DNA of 52,308 nucleotides, the filler included, from Catajapyx aquilonaris (taxonomy: Eukaryota): assembly GCA_000934665.2 (NCBI GenBank). It is 3 parts of 3 records of this genome, joined end to end, with 100 filler letters (N's around TTAATTAATTAA, not from the genome) between each part and the next. Parts side by side here need not be neighbours in the genome. Positions count along the whole stretch, not along the records: positions 1 to 18,671 come from KZ539647.1; positions 18,772 to 35,496 come from JYFJ02007130.1; 1 more part is not named here. One strand, given 5' to 3'. Made by a program: the position numbers and the translations under genes. Of this stretch, positions 12,354 through 25,823 are shown piece after piece (the stretch's first letter is position 1; every line of letters starts with the position of its first letter). The notes under the pieces are model-generated. The model was given only the letters and a program-made list of their open reading frames with translations, searched no databases and was not told the origin of the DNA.

Positions 12354-15161
12354 AGTATTGGTACGGTCACCCCAAAGCCATGCATATAGATGACACCGAC
12401 ACAACGGGCACAGCCTTTTTCATTATTAGCCTAAAGGCCAAGTTGCAATTATGTACTCTGCTTTACATTACTGCAAAAACCTTATGTCAACAGCCATTTG
12501 ATCCAGTAATTCTGACTGCAGTCAATTTAATCAGCAATTACCAAAAGGCAGCAGCAATTTTTATATTTTTTATTGCAGCCAAATGCACAGCAGCCTGTTG
12601 ACCTGCAGCCAGTTGTCGGCATACCGTTGGGTAGGCTTGTATATTACGCATGCTTGCATACATGTTATTCAGCTTACAACCTGCTCTCTAGCTGCCTCTT
12701 GAGTAGGCCTACTACAATTTGCAATAATGTATTAATATTGAAAACTCTTCTTCTCTAGCTGCATATATTTCCAAAATTTCACACGAGATGGAGTGGGGAG
12801 CATCACAGCTCACACCGAAGGTTGCGTTGGCGCCACTTGCTGTGAAATAATGAGTAAATGTGAGTAGCCAGGCATGCTTTTGTGGAGAAAAAAAAAGGCG
12901 GAACATACTGCAATTACTGAATTCCAAAGATAAGTACCACATGTGGGTAAATTTTTTTGAACAAATTTCTCGGAAGATTTATCATAGCCACACTGTAGCC
13001 ACATAATGGTGCATATCTTTAGCTACCACGCAGCACAAACAACATCCAGATCGAAGCATTTTTCTAACTGCAGTGGAACCATGTTTTGTAATCATACTGT
13101 ATATTGAACACTCTTTCCACCAACTAATTCATATGTCTCTTGATCACTTCATATTTTCTCGTTTGCCAGATATTTTCTGGAGGTGGCAAAACAACTGAAG
13201 ATTCAATGTCTGTATGAAGGTGTGGACTGTTTCGAAAATAGCCTACTCAATAAGACAACCCACTTGAATTGCATCTCTGGGTGTGGCAGTTCCACCCTGG
13301 TGTTATAGGCCCTCTAAAAGTCTCGAATAATTCAAATCGTGCATATTTGAGAACGTGGTACGTACCTTTCACCGCGTGATCTTCACGTATTTTGCCGTAT
13401 GTAGAATAATGCTTCGATTGGAGTGGAGGTTGTGCCCAGTAGTAGCAAAAATGCGGAATCATCTGGCAACGTTGGTTTTATTTAGAATTTGGTTTAACGG
13501 TACTATTTTTGAAATGCGCCAATAGAATACCAATTGACCCAGTTGACACCTTCTGTGAGCTATAATGTAAATATTGTGGTCAGCACGTATTACCCTTTCG
13601 AAAGGTGTACACTAACAGAATACTATAGTTCTAGACTTGTGGCCACCCTAAAATCAGTTTCTTGGAAAAACGAGGTGTAAACGCAAATAAATTTGTATCC
13701 TTAAAATAGTAGGCCTACTGACGTCACCATGACCAACAATGACTATCAACAATATCAACAATATTGAAGGCTTGTGAGGTTGGTAGCTTACAACATTACT
13801 GACCTGTACATTATAAGCATAAGGTCTGGTTGCACCATCGTGGGTTTAGCTGGAAACTCTGGGGTTACCACTGATTATTTCCCAACAATTAATAGCAATG
13901 GTGCAACCCCAGATCTAAGGATACAGTCATTATAACAATTTTCAAGATCCAGTAGTGCTTGGAAAGGTGGGAAAACTATACCACCTACTGACTTTGCTCT
14001 TTGTTTCCCCCTGTTTCAAATCAATTTTCAGGTCTCCCCAATGAAGCCCAAAACACCCAAAAATGGCATAAAGGAAGAATGTTCCGGACTCTTTCAGTGT
14101 TGGGATACGTGACATTGTCGCACTTCAGCGCACCTTTGTTTTGGCCCCTTTTTTCTATTATCACTTTGCGTTGACTGGAAGTGACCCCATGCCCCAGTCC
14201 AGTCGCGCTTGGAAGCCAATATGAGACAATGACCACCGAAAAAAAAAAGAAACGTTCGTGTCACTTCCTATCCACTGTGGCAGGAAATACAGTAGTCATG
14301 CGCTCCCTTCAAAAGTGCCTCTATTCAATTTCCTAACGGAAACGACCTTGTGTGATTTTCCTAAGTTTGCAGGCGATTTGCATGAGCAGGGAATCAAATC
14401 TCCGAGCAAATTACGCATCTAATTATTCCCAAGCGTGACTCAACAATATTGTCGAGAAACAATTATTTTCTATTGCGATCGAATCGTGGCGAGCAATAAT
14501 TCAACTTTATGGCTGCATATATAGATATGGATCTGCTCAAATTGTCCTTCACGGGTATTCGCATCACTTATATTTATGTACTAGACCTTTCCAATTCGAG
14601 CACCGCTGCACACAATCTATCCAATGATATTCCACGTCCGAAATACGGGTCACTTCATTATGCTTTATCTTACTGGATTATTAAAAACGCAACTACTGTT
14701 GAGTAATTTGGAATAGTACAGTCATAATTTATAGAATGGTTTATTATGGTTATTGCGTCGAGTATGAATTTCTGGTGGTGGAGGCATAAGCTTCTGTGCG
14801 ATTGCGATGCAATAATATTGGACATATACCCTACCTTAATATTAATGTAACTGAAGTATTAGACACTCAGTGTACGATAATTAACTGACATGTGTGAAAT
14901 ATGTGTTCTGTGACTGGGACATATCAGGAGGACTAATACATAAGCCAATTTCCCCTCTGCATATCGGCAACTTGGACAAACACTTTGTAGATATAAACAT
15001 GTCTGGAACAGGAGGAATGTAAAATACTTACCAGGAATTACACTGATTGTATCTATAAAGGGTACAGGGACAACATTATTGTAACATGTGGGAAAAAATG
15101 TAGCCTACCATTATACGGTATATATTCAGTATGTTTCGTAATAACACACATTGTTCTAGAG

Positions 15162-15364
15162 TAGTGGTTCCCAACCTTTCTTGGGTCGCGACCCCATTTT
15201 ATAATAGCCAAGTAACCTACGACCTCACATGTGCGTAAAATGCATTTTTAAAGGGTTAAAAAATATTTGCATAACTTCATAATATACTTATATTCGCGGA
15301 TGAGTGTTTGTTAAGGTAAAAACGTCCAGAAAACCCTTCGCGACTCCCAGGTTGGGAACCACTG
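15162..15364. mobile_element. hAT MITE
   Basis: TIR TAGTGGTTCCCAACC / GGTTGGGAACCACTG; 8-bp TSD TTCTAGAG/TTCCAGAG. Confidence 0.85.
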
Positions 15365-15549
15365 TTCCAGAGTGAACTTATGGACAGCAAAGAGTTGGGG
15401 GGGGGNNNNNNNNNNGGGGGGGGATGATCAACGTCCACTCTTGCACTCGGCGATAGTCAATGGTTTTTGAAAATGGGGGGCAAAATAAAAACTACACAAT
15501 CATCAGAGTCCTCATGTATCATACTACAGTTGTTTCTGCATAAGTTTCT

Positions 15550-16150
15550 AACAATCCAAGTGATATTTCCTATTATAGGTCACAGTACAAAGTGTGACAA
15601 AGATTTTGGCTTGATAAACCAGCATTCTGAAACGGTTGTTCCAAGGGGGTAATCACTCGACTGAAAAGTGTACACTGGAGTACCAAATTCAAGGAGTACC
15701 ACGGAGTAATAAAGAGTGAGGTGCCTGAGGAGTACCAGGGAGTACCACTCCCAGGTGTACACCGAAGTACCGAAGTGATTACCTCCTTGGGTTGTTCCTT
15801 CCGATTGGGCCAGGATTTTTGCAGATGCACGTCGAAAGCCGAATCCTTTTAGCGTAATAATTCATATACCTACAAAAACTCTATAATTATGTTCTCATAT
15901 GCCCATTTCCTATTCATAAAAGCAGAGAGGAGAAGAAGATCCTTGAAAAGCTGATCTTTCAGAGGAACACTTTTGATGGGCCGCAGCCGTGGGGATCGCG
16001 ATTGTTGTGAAGAGGCATATAGCACCTTCAGGTCAGCCTCGTGAGATATATCCAGGGCGACTGCCAATTTTGCAAGCGAAATACAATGATTTTCAGAGCC
16101 TCATGCCATCAATACCCCAGGGTTATCGACATTTTTATGTGGACCTGCCC
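15550..16150 (+). pseudogene. Degenerate Sola-type transposase remnant
   Basis: FPIIGHSTKCDKDFGLIN; ETVVPSDWARIFADARRKPNPF (restored after removing the nested MITE); LPILQAKYNDFQSLMPSIPQGYRHFYVDLP. These resemble Sola transposase motifs as I recall them. Confidence 0.65.
15642..15789. mobile_element. P-element-like MITE nested in the Sola remnant
   Basis: TIR CAAGG(G/A)GGTAATCAC; perfect 8-bp TSD GGTTGTTC. Confidence 0.75.
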
Positions 16151-16904
16151 TTTGCCACATGTGGTAGGCTACTGATGTTGATAAATAAAAACATATGCTG
16201 ACGACAATATTGATTTTAGTTGTTGCATGTAGGCCTATACCTCATGGTATGTACCATTAATAATGACTTTCAAACCAACATTGGGATATACACAAGAATT
16301 GTGGAGAGTCTTCAAAGTTCGAAATAGCAATATCTCAGTTTCACATGAGATGGACCTTGATCGTTTTTCTCCCGAGGTCTTCATATAAAGTAAAGCTCTA
16401 ACCTTGCACTTCTTTGCATGTTAGGGAAGGCAGAAATTCCTGGTTTACTGGCTTATTACGAATATTTAAGACTAAATGCATTTCACTTGTATGCTCCCAA
16501 TATAATATTAAAATAATGGATAGCACGGACATCACAATCATGAAGTATAGACGAAGTATAGAAGTATAGACGGATTTAAATGTATATGTTAGGCTCAAGC
16601 CCCGAAAACTCTTGAGCGAAAAAAAACCATTTCACGGAATGCTCTTTTTAAAACGGCCAGATCGTGGAATGGTCGCATTCAAAACAGAAATAAGAACGCT
16701 TCTCTGGACGTTAAAAAAATGTAGGGACGCGAACCTAGTGTTTCGTGGCTGGTTCAGAAAAAGCCCATAACGTGCTGTGGAATAAGTTTCTTGTTTCCCA
16801 CTCACTATGGCACTATGCCAAGTAGGCCTATACAGTAGATGGTAGTAATTATTAGCTACTTGTACATTTTCCAGGAACTGTTATCTGCAATATTAGACTA
16901 TTAT

Positions 16905-17432
16905 TTTGTTCTTACAGCCACTGTTAGAATAACATTTAGAATTATATTTAGTAAGCTATTTACTTGAACGACATTTACATGTCTTATCAATGCAGTACGG
17001 TACCTTTTGAACTACAACTTACGAATCCCTGCTTACTACCTGAATTTAAAACTGAAGCCGATCGCAGATATACAAAACAGGAAGAAACTTCGTTCAGATC
17101 GATAAAATTAGAATCAGCAGTTGTGAACTTATTGCGACCATACAGCCTCTCTAAAATGCCTTCCTGGTACCCAACTGGTAGAGGCGTATAGAGCCAATCT
17201 AATTTATAACAACCACTAACCTATTCCTGGGAGCCCAACTTCCTCGATCGACTTAAAGTATCCTAACCACAATTTTATCGATCTGAACGAAGTTCCTTCC
17301 TGTTCTGAAGTTTTGTATTTTTTCGATCGGCTTCAGCTCTAAATTCAGGTAGTAAGCAGGGATTCGTAAGCTTTCAACTAATACTAAGAATGTAATTCTA
17401 TGTGTCAATCTAACAGTGCCTGTAAGAACAAC
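16905..17432. repeat. Foldback / long inverted repeat element
   Basis: CTTACGAATCCCTGCTTACTACCTGAATTT (~17017) is inverted at ~17341-17370; outer arms TGTTCTTACAG / CTGTAAGAACA. Confidence 0.75.
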
Positions 17433-17868
17433 GGATGATTAGTATAGCCAAAATCCCATATTCGAAGTCGGGAGAGACCCTCTTATTTCGCACGAGATGA
17501 GCAAGGGAAACCCAAATCGAACCCGGAACCATTCTATCCATGGGCACGAATATTACTGCTGCGCAACTCTGCCTCTCCTAGAACAACTTATATTTGAAGG
17601 TTATCAATAAGTTTAGTAAATTCAGTTATGAGATCACCAGCGAAATTGCCTTCTGGATTGCAGCACTGGAGATCATTTTTCTGAGTGTAATTGGAACTTG
17701 TGAAGCAAGACTTTGTCCATGAAGTCTACTCGGGTAACTTACCAGGCTATAATGATACTGTATGACTACGATATGATTGCTTCTTAACAATCTTAAAAAA
17801 TGTTTCATGACGTACAACACAATGATTGCAAGAAGACCTATAATCATCGATTGGAAGCAACCCATGTA

Positions 17869-18010
17869 CAATCTGTCTCAATAAGTTTTGACCACTTTAT
17901 CCTGGTCTTGAAGCAACCCTTCGCACATGCCCCACGGTGAGCAGGTGTATGTGTGTGAAGGGTTGCTTCAAGACCAGGAAAAAGTGGCCAAAACTTATTG
18001 AGACAGATTG
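17869..18010. mobile_element. Tc1/mariner-type MITE
   Basis: TIR CAATCTGTCTCAATAAGTTTTG / CAAAACTTATTGAGACAGATTG. Confidence 0.75.
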
Positions 18011-18671
18011 CGGTACAGGTGTACTGTACTACCTCACTAAACAATGAAATTGATATAGCCTACTTTGAGTATTTACGTGTTAATTTGCCTGCTTTAACTG
18101 CTACTTTGAATCGAATTTTAGAACAAGGCAATGAATGCCTCTCTATCGGCCCGTGATGCAGGAGTTTCAGACCACCCTGTAGAAATGTGCAATATTACAT
18201 TGTTGTGGAAAATCGTTCGGTTTTATTGTCACTCTCCTATTTTGCTGCATTTCGAGTCGAGAAAAATAAAACTGCGTGATAGAAATAGGCTTACAGTACA
18301 TGAGGAAAATTCTAACGTGCAGTCTCCTCACTGTAACTGGATTTCAAATTGTCGTACTAAATCAGATCACTAGGTGTGGTTGACTATAGCACGTTGCAGG
18401 ATTATATACCAGCACAGATTATTTTGTGGCATGTTTCCATTAAACTGAAACGCTAGGCGGAAAATTCTTCGGAACGTTTATGTGAATAGAAACTGCACAC
18501 GCAAATCCTGGTGACTTTCATATGCAAATTATGTCAAAAATAATTTTCAACCCTTCATTTCATAGTGTGTGCAAATGCTTTCATGTTTGAAATTTTGCAT
18601 CAATGGCAATACACGACCAATGAAATTAACTTCTGAGAACTACACTTAACGATTATACGCTAAGTTAAATA

Positions 18672-18771
18672 NNNNNNNNNNNNNNNNNNNNNNNNNNNNN
18701 NNNNNNNNNNNNNNNTTAATTAATTAANNNNNNNNNNNNNNNNNNNNNNNNNNNNNNNNNNNNNNNNNNNN
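18672..18771. other. Assembly gap with TTAATTAATTAA spacer
   Basis: N-run with an embedded all-frame stop spacer; the same pattern occurs at 35497-35596. Confidence 0.9.
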
Positions 18772-19611
18772 CCCCCCCTGAAATCCTCTCACGCCCCCCA
18801 GGTTGGGACGAACCACTGCTGTAAATGGTGGTGGTCCTTCCGATATCGTGACCACACGGCTCACGTCTAGACATGCTCATTAGCGTATACAAAGAAAGAG
18901 TGTACCGAGCTCGAAAATAGGCGAAATGCGGTGATTCATATTTTTTGGAATGATTATTTCCAACCCTACGTGACCTACCACAATGACGGTTTTCATGTGC
19001 ATTATTTTAGGCAAAGGTGAAATTTGCCCTGTATCCTAAATATCACTTTGTTCAGATCATAAAGTTATGAGTTACGGCTATAGGGAATGTATAGTGATTT
19101 ACACATAGCATCTGCGAATTTTTTTCAATGTCGTTCTTCGCGTTAGGTACATTTTGTGCACTTTGTAGCCATGTATGCCCAATTCCTCTCTGCATTACCT
19201 TCCATAACATGTTGGTGTTGGAAGAACAGTCTGAACAGTTAAAAATACTTTTATATTGTTTGGACGCCATTGTTGAACTTTCCATTGTTGCATCTCCGTG
19301 AGATTTGACTCCAGCGGCCTCAAATTTAGGATTTCGCAATAAGTTTATGCATCCCTATACCTACCTGATTTTTTTACAATTAAACCGGAAGGCGTCGGGC
19401 CACAACTTTGCAGAATATTTACAGCATTGAGATGGAATGCCCACCACTATCTGGATTGTGGAGCCAAAGAGCCGCTAGATTAGTACTACTAATAATAATT
19501 TAGCGGCCCCTTTGACTCCCCACTCCTCCCAGCTGATTCTGTCTTTCTTGGGTTTTAATGTTTCCGGGTTCTCTCCATCAAATTCAAGATCAATCATTTT
19601 ATTGATTACAG

Positions 19612-20173
19612 AGGAGATTAATGTTCATGGAGGCCTGCAAAGGAGGAAGACTGGAAGAGGTGAAGAGAATGGTGGAGAAGGCGGGGGGAGGGGTGGGCTT
19701 GGGGGTGGGTATGAGGCAAAGTGCACGGAGTGGCCTCCACCGTGCTGCAGAGAAAGGAAGGGACGAGGTGGTTGGCTACCTGCTGGGTGAAGGATGGCCT
19801 GTCAACCAGAGAGACAGTTTTGAAAGGACACCCCTCCACTGGGCAGCACAGGAAGGACACCACCTGTCCACCTGCCAGGCACTGATCAGAGAAGGGGCGG
19901 ATGTGGGGGCAAAGGACCGTAAGGGGGACCAGCCCATCCACTCTACTTCTTATAGAGGCCACGTCCAGGTTGTGGAGTTACTCCTGGAGAAAGGGGCAGG
20001 GCTGGAGGACAAGGGAAAGGATGACTGGACCCCACTCCACTATGCGGCATGGTACAACCATCATGAACTGGTTCGCTTCCTTCTCTCCAAGGGAGCGGAC
20101 AAGGAGGCCAGAGACAAGGATGGGAGGACACCCCTTGACATCGCACATGATGATGTCATCAAACTTTTGGCAG
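19612..20173 (+). CDS. Ankyrin-repeat exon (about 5 repeats), paralog of 26623-27201
   Basis: Acceptor TTGATTACAG, donor GCAG|GTATT; motifs TPLHWAAQEG, QPIHSTSYRG, TPLHYAAWYN, TPLDIA. A candidate next exon at 20768 would add an immediate stop. Confidence 0.8.
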
Positions 20174-21670
20174 GTATTAATTCGGGGAGAATTTGACAGT
20201 TTGTCCTGACAGTTGAGTGAATGTTGACTAATATTAATAGCAGTTGGAATTAACCGCAACTTAATTTTAAGATGATGTTGCAGCATTTCACTTGTTTGTT
20301 CGCGTGAATTGTTATGTAGCCTACTCAACCGGCAGGACAGGTACCAAAATGTTAGTTAATGTAATAATATTCAATTGGCTGTTATTGGGTCACGATGGCT
20401 CTCTGTACATGGCCACGATAATGCTAGAATGAAAAGTAAAATCTTCTTACACATGCATGAGATATGATTCAATTATTGAATCGTATTTCATGCATGTGTA
20501 AGGTGGATCTTCAATAAAATCAAAGTACATACCAAACGGTGATTACAATATATTGATCCTAGGAACGAAAAGTAAGTTCATTACTACTTATTTTAATTAT
20601 TATTTTTCGTTCATAGGATCAACATAATTATTGTAAGTACTACCTTAAGATATCACTATTACTGTTATCAAGAGCTAATGCTGTTATTAGCAAGCTTCTT
20701 AGAATAACAATGGTTACTAAAATTGTCATTTTAATTTTTAAAAAATCAAATATATTTTCCCCAACAGGTTGAAATATGAGCAAGAGGGTTCCCTCTTGTG
20801 ATGGTGAAGGAGTCGAATTGAAGTGACTCTGGGATGAGCTGAAGGAGAAAGGCTGATTGGAGACAATGTTGATCCTTGGTGACCAACGTCAAGCCTTATT
20901 CGTTCATTACAATGACCTTCATGTAATCATGATGACGCTCCAAGTCATTGTTGAAATGGTGGCGACACGGCATGACTGTTGTCATTAACTATAGAGGCGT
21001 TCCCGGGGGGGGTATCAGATCTGAACCTCAACATTTCCCCCGATTTTGGCCCGGGAGCTATATGAAAATATGGAAATAATATGCACTGTTGTGTAACTGT
21101 AAATAACGAAACCGACGTAAAGCCATTGATGGCTCATCAACTAAAAATATTTCACAACAATGGCGGTTGAACAAAATCGTCATTTTTTTCATATTCCCAT
21201 CATTTTATTCAAGCCACGAATATCATCTGGTTCATGACGTCTTCGGCATCAAGCATGATTTAAAAATTTTCGAAATTTTCCGATTTAAAATATTTTCAAA
21301 TGTATAATTTTTAAACGGCATGAATGTGAAAAGGCGTTTTAAGAGAAGAGTATACTACCTGTGCACGCTATAATTTTTAGGAGTAGATGTGGAATATTGG
21401 TAAATAATTTATTGCTGCTCGTTGGAATGTACTCGGTGTATGCGCAAGTAATATTATCGGTGCAGAATTAGCGCATTTTAAAGACGCACAAGGACAACAT
21501 CTATCTGAAACTGATATGAGTGCCAAGGAAACCACAAGGGACGTAGCCCGATAACTGATAGCCGGCATAGCCTGATACTGCTCGCCTAATATTGCGTCAG
21601 ACAGACGCCCTTATGCACTCTGAAAGTGTAGACTCTGTTCCTGATAATTGTTGGTAATAATAAGGCAACA

Positions 21671-22662
21671 ATGGCTCGGGTGAACCTCCAGGACGAAAGG
21701 AGCGTGACGGACCTTCACAGGGCAGCTGCCAACGGGTCAGTGAGTATGGTGCAGAAGCTGTTGGAGCGATGCCAGTCGACCAACGTGGACTGCAGAAGCA
21801 CCAGTATGGCCACCCCTCTGATTGTTGCAGCTCGAGGGGGTTTTGTAGGGGTGTGCCAATTGTTGTTGGGACACGGGGCCAGTGTGAACGCGGAGGACAA
21901 TGAGGGAAGGAGCGCACTGCACGAGGCTTCTTCATTGGGTTGGGTCCAAGAGTGCGAGGTTCTCTTGGAGAATGGGGCTGTGGTGACCTCAAGGACCAAC
22001 AATGGGGACACTCCTCTGCACATGGCGGCCCTCAATGGACGGAAGGAGGCGGGGAGGCGGCTGCTGGAGTGGGGGGCGGATGTGGAGGTCACTAATGGGG
22101 CAGGATTGACCCCACAGTCTGTCGCTTTGGAGAACGACAAGGGAGAGATGGCGATATTCCTGATGGACGTGTCTGATGACCTGCACATAATGGCAGCCAT
22201 CGGAGAAGGAGAGGAAGTGAAGAATCTGCTGGAAGGAGGAAGTGACGTGAACTGTCGCAATGCCCGGAGTGAGACTCCCTTGATGGTGGCCTCCAGGGCA
22301 GGGAAGGTCGGAGTGTGCAAGGTTCTGATCGACTGGCCATCATGCCAAATTGGGACGAAGGACTCGGAGGGAAGGGCTGCCCTCCATCTGGCTGCCAGGT
22401 GGGGTCATCTGGACACCTGCAGACTGTTGCTGGACAAGGGGGCAGAGGTGGACATCGAGACCAAGTCAATGGACACTCCTCTCCACCTTGCAGCTTTAGG
22501 AGGGCACTTGGAGGTGGTAATGTTTCTTCTGCAGAACAAAGCTGAACCTCAGCCGACAAATGGGGAAGGAAATACCCCTGCGAGTGTGGCCAACCTGAAA
22601 GGACACACTGGAGTTTATAACTACCTGATGAAGCATTTGGAGACGTCAAACCGTCGCATCAT
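21671..22662 (+). CDS. Ankyrin-eIF2alpha-kinase gene, exon 1: about 10 ankyrin repeats (5+5 internal duplication)
   Basis: ACAATGG start after in-frame stops; TPLIVAARGG, SALHEAS, TPLHMAALNG, TPLMVASRAG, AALHLAARWG, TPLHLAALGG; donor AT|GTAAG, phase 2. Confidence 0.9.
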
Positions 22663-22728
22663 GTAAGACTTGTTTTGTAATTTGCGATCATGTTCAATGT
22701 TGTTCTTATGAGTGTTTTATTTTAGCAG

Positions 22729-23809
22729 GACTGAAGATAATGATCCGGTCTCAGGAACTGAAAATTATTTCGTGTCTCAGTACTTGTCTACTTTTGAAAC
22801 GGAATCACGGCTGGGTCATGGCGGATTCGGACATGTGGTCAAGGCAAAGCTCAAGCTGACCCCACTAATGTTCGCAGTCAAGAAGGTCAGGCAGCCTCCA
22901 GGCCAGAAGCAGAGAGAGATCATCCTCAGGGAAATCCGCTTGCTTTCAATACTGAACCACGAAAACATCATCAAACTCTACAGCACTTGGGAGGAGCATC
23001 CTCCAAGTTGGGCCGAAAAGGAGATCGACGCTGCCCTCCTAACCTCTGATAGGTCAACCCCAGCAGGTCAGGAGGCGTCGCAAAGGTCCACGGAATACTT
23101 CACGGCCTCTCCAATCCCCTTTTCTGGTCCAACAACACCCTTGCTCTTCATGCAGCTGGAGTTGTGCAGGAAGGAAACCCTGGGTCACAAGCTGGGCAAG
23201 GGTCAAAAGTTTGCCAAGTTCATCTCCCTGACCTACTTCCACCAGGCCATGTCTGCTGTGTCCTACCTCCACTCACAGAGGCTGATCCACCGCGACCTGA
23301 AACCACACAACATCCTGTTTTCCCTGGATGGAAAGAGTGTGAAGATTGGTGACTTCGGTCTCTCCACCTCCCTCTTCACCCATCCTCCTCTTCCTTCCAC
23401 CTCCCAGCACCATCCAGTCCATGGTGACCACTCCCCTCCAGTCCGACCATCCCAACCAGGAGTCTCCCACCTTCCTTCGCCACCACCTGAGATGACTGTG
23501 GGTATTGGGACACCTCTGTACTCCTCTCCCGAACAGATCAGCGGGAGAGAGTACGGTCAGAAGAGTGACGTCTTCTCCATGGGTCTGGTACTCTACGAGA
23601 TGCTGGCTCCATTCGGAGGGGACAAGGATGGGAGGACACAAGCCTTCACCTCGCTCAGGAGTGGAGGCCCATTTCCAGACGACTTTACGAGCAAAAATGC
23701 AGATGAAGCTCGGATAATTCAAAAGATGTTGACACCTGATCCGTCCTCAAGAGTGTCCGCTTCTTACGTGGAACAACAAGTCCGGTACTCACTGGACAGG
23801 AAGAGACAG
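22729..23809 (+). CDS. Ankyrin-eIF2alpha-kinase gene, exon 2: PERK/EIF2AK-like Ser/Thr kinase domain
   Basis: The 66-nt intron 22663-22728 joins in frame (AT|G ACT GAA). Motifs LGHGGFGHV, FAVKK, REIRLL, WEEHPPSW plus kinase insert, LFMQLELCRKETL, HRDLKPHN, KIGDFGL, VGIGTPLYSSPEQ. Donor CAG|GTGGG, phase 0. Confidence 0.9.
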
Positions 23810-24098
23810 GTGGGAATGATTTTGTGCTGTTTATTATCCCCTAAAATGAAATGTTCGATCAAAGTATAGTCCTACAGTATAGTTTGTGTCATAGGCAGTA
23901 TATGTGAGGCCATAAGGTGAAGTCGAAAGGAAATTGCTGTGGGCAACCCATACACCTGACACTTATCCTACAACTACCTGACAGCATATTTCAGACCATG
24001 CATTTTAGAAGGCTATTATTTGCCATACGAGAAATCTGTACGCACCTTGGTACGCACACTCATGTGCTATTAATTATGTTCTTTCTTGTCAAATTCAG

Positions 24099-24539
24099 TT
24101 GGATCCATACCAATTCCTCGATGTAATCAGGGCTGGTGTCCTCTCAGAGATTGAGAAGTTTGTTGAGGTGATGGGAGTGGACGTGGTGGGGGCTGTGGAA
24201 ACGTACGGATATGGATATAGTGGGATCCATGAAGCTGCTTCGGATGGTCACTCCCATGTCATCCGCTTCCTCCTGGACAGAGGGGTGGAGGTGGATGTAA
24301 TGGATAGGATTGATCAGACCCCACTACTCCACATTGCTGCAACCATGGGTCATCATGACACAGTCCTCCTCCTCCTGGAACGTGGGGCAGATCCAAGAAG
24401 GAAGGACATCTTTAAACATACTCCTGCTGAGTTGGCCGGAAAGAAAGGCCACAACTCGATCTCCCTCCTCCTAAAGAATAAGGATTTCAGCAGGGAATCT
24501 GAATCGATCTTTGAAAATGATGCTGAATTAGCTGAAAGG
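24099..24539 (+). CDS. Ankyrin-eIF2alpha-kinase gene, exon 3: about 3 ankyrin repeats
   Basis: Acceptor AAATTCAG in phase 0; SGIHEAASDG, TPLLHIAATMG, TPAELA; donor AGG|GTAAGT, phase 0. Confidence 0.85.
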
Positions 24540-24659
24540 GTAAGTAATGTGCTTCTCTTTTTGGCTCCACACGCCTCCCGCAGTTGTGTCATCAACTTAA
24601 CCCTTTGACGCCTCATATGAGATCCTGGTGGTTTTTGAACTGGGCGCGCTAGAGTTTAG

Positions 24660-24920
24660 GTCAGGCCGCCGTTAAATGACTAATGACGTGGAGGGGGCGA
24701 GTGTGTTGATATTTTCAGTGCTGGAATATTAATTTTCACTGCTTGATGTGGGCAGGGGGTAGGGGTACGATGTACTAACCCAACCTAACCTAACCTTCAC
24801 TCGTTGCGGATACAGCCCTATCGTCAGCGTATACAGCCCTACGTACGGATACAACCGTATATGATAGCAGGATAGCGGATAGTGGAATCGCAGTAGATGC
24901 TACGGAGTAGCAGTTATCCG
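24660..24920. repeat. Dispersed repeat shared with ~44938-45390
   Basis: Shared GTTAAATGACTAAT...GCTGGAATATTAATTTTCACTGCTT...CCTAACCTTCACTCGTTGCGGATACAGCCCTAT. Confidence 0.8.
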
Positions 24921-25612
24921 ATGGAGTGATCGGATCGGCGATGAACGGGACGGCGCATGCGCTGCCTGGGGGATCTGCGTTTGCCGTCTGGAAAGTATTC
25001 GCTTCCTGGCCCTCCCGCACGATGGCGCGCAGGCGAGGGGTTATGTAGGGTTATGGAGGTGGCTGTCTAGAGACGTTTTTCACAAACTGCTCCTACCACC
25101 TCGTGGAAGGGGGCTCAATTACCGTGGCGTATGATAAGCAGTTTTTCCCAAGAGTTTTTCCGCCTCCCAGCGGGAGCTAAGCCAGGCTAAGCATACTCCC
25201 GCCGCGCCTGAAAGTTTTTGTCAACATGCGACATCTGGACTCGTAGGAGTTTCTCAAAGGACAGGGTTTTAGTATTATTATGATTGTAAGCATAGTAACA
25301 ATTTTATAGTGACGTTAAAATTTTGAATACATTTAATTACGTTTAAAGTTAATTGCAACTGTGAGATGCCTGAGATCCTGCTGTATCAGGGTATATCTAT
25401 TTGAAGGGCATTGGAGTAACTTCTAACCCACAGTTTAATGCCATGTCAGGCGTAGATGCTGGGCATGCCCCTGATGTAAAAATGTTGTTGATAGTGTCGT
25501 CATCCTTTGTGCATAAATGCTGGAAATTTGGAAAGCGTCATTTGCAATGGAAGCTACGATTCATAACATCATGTCAGTTGCTGCCCTCTATAGTGGTCCA
25601 TGGACTAGTGTA

Positions 25613-25823
25613 CAGTCGGCTCAAGGAGTAAGTTGCCAGACCCCTATTTTGAAATTAGCCTCCAACAGAGGTGCTGCCTAGGGGAGTGAGATTTATTTTA
25701 TCTTTGGGAAGAACAGAGGTGCTGCTTCCCAAAAATACAATAAATCTCACGCCCCTAGGCAGCACCTCTGTGGGAGGCTTATTTCAAAATAGGGGTCTGG
25801 CAACTTACTCCTTGAGCCGACTG
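25613..25823. mobile_element. Tc1/mariner-type palindromic MITE
   Basis: TA TSD; long TIR CAGTCGGCTCAAGGAGTAAGTTGCCAGACCCC. Confidence 0.9.

Noticed and set aside
18672..18771. TTAATTAATTAA motif inside N-runs (also 35497-35596)
   Set aside because: Identical in both gaps; a scaffolding spacer, not biology
21597..23722. Long antisense ORFs over the ankyrin and kinase exons (likewise over DnaJ and the IR)
   Set aside because: Shadow ORFs of GC-rich coding sequence with no recognisable motifs
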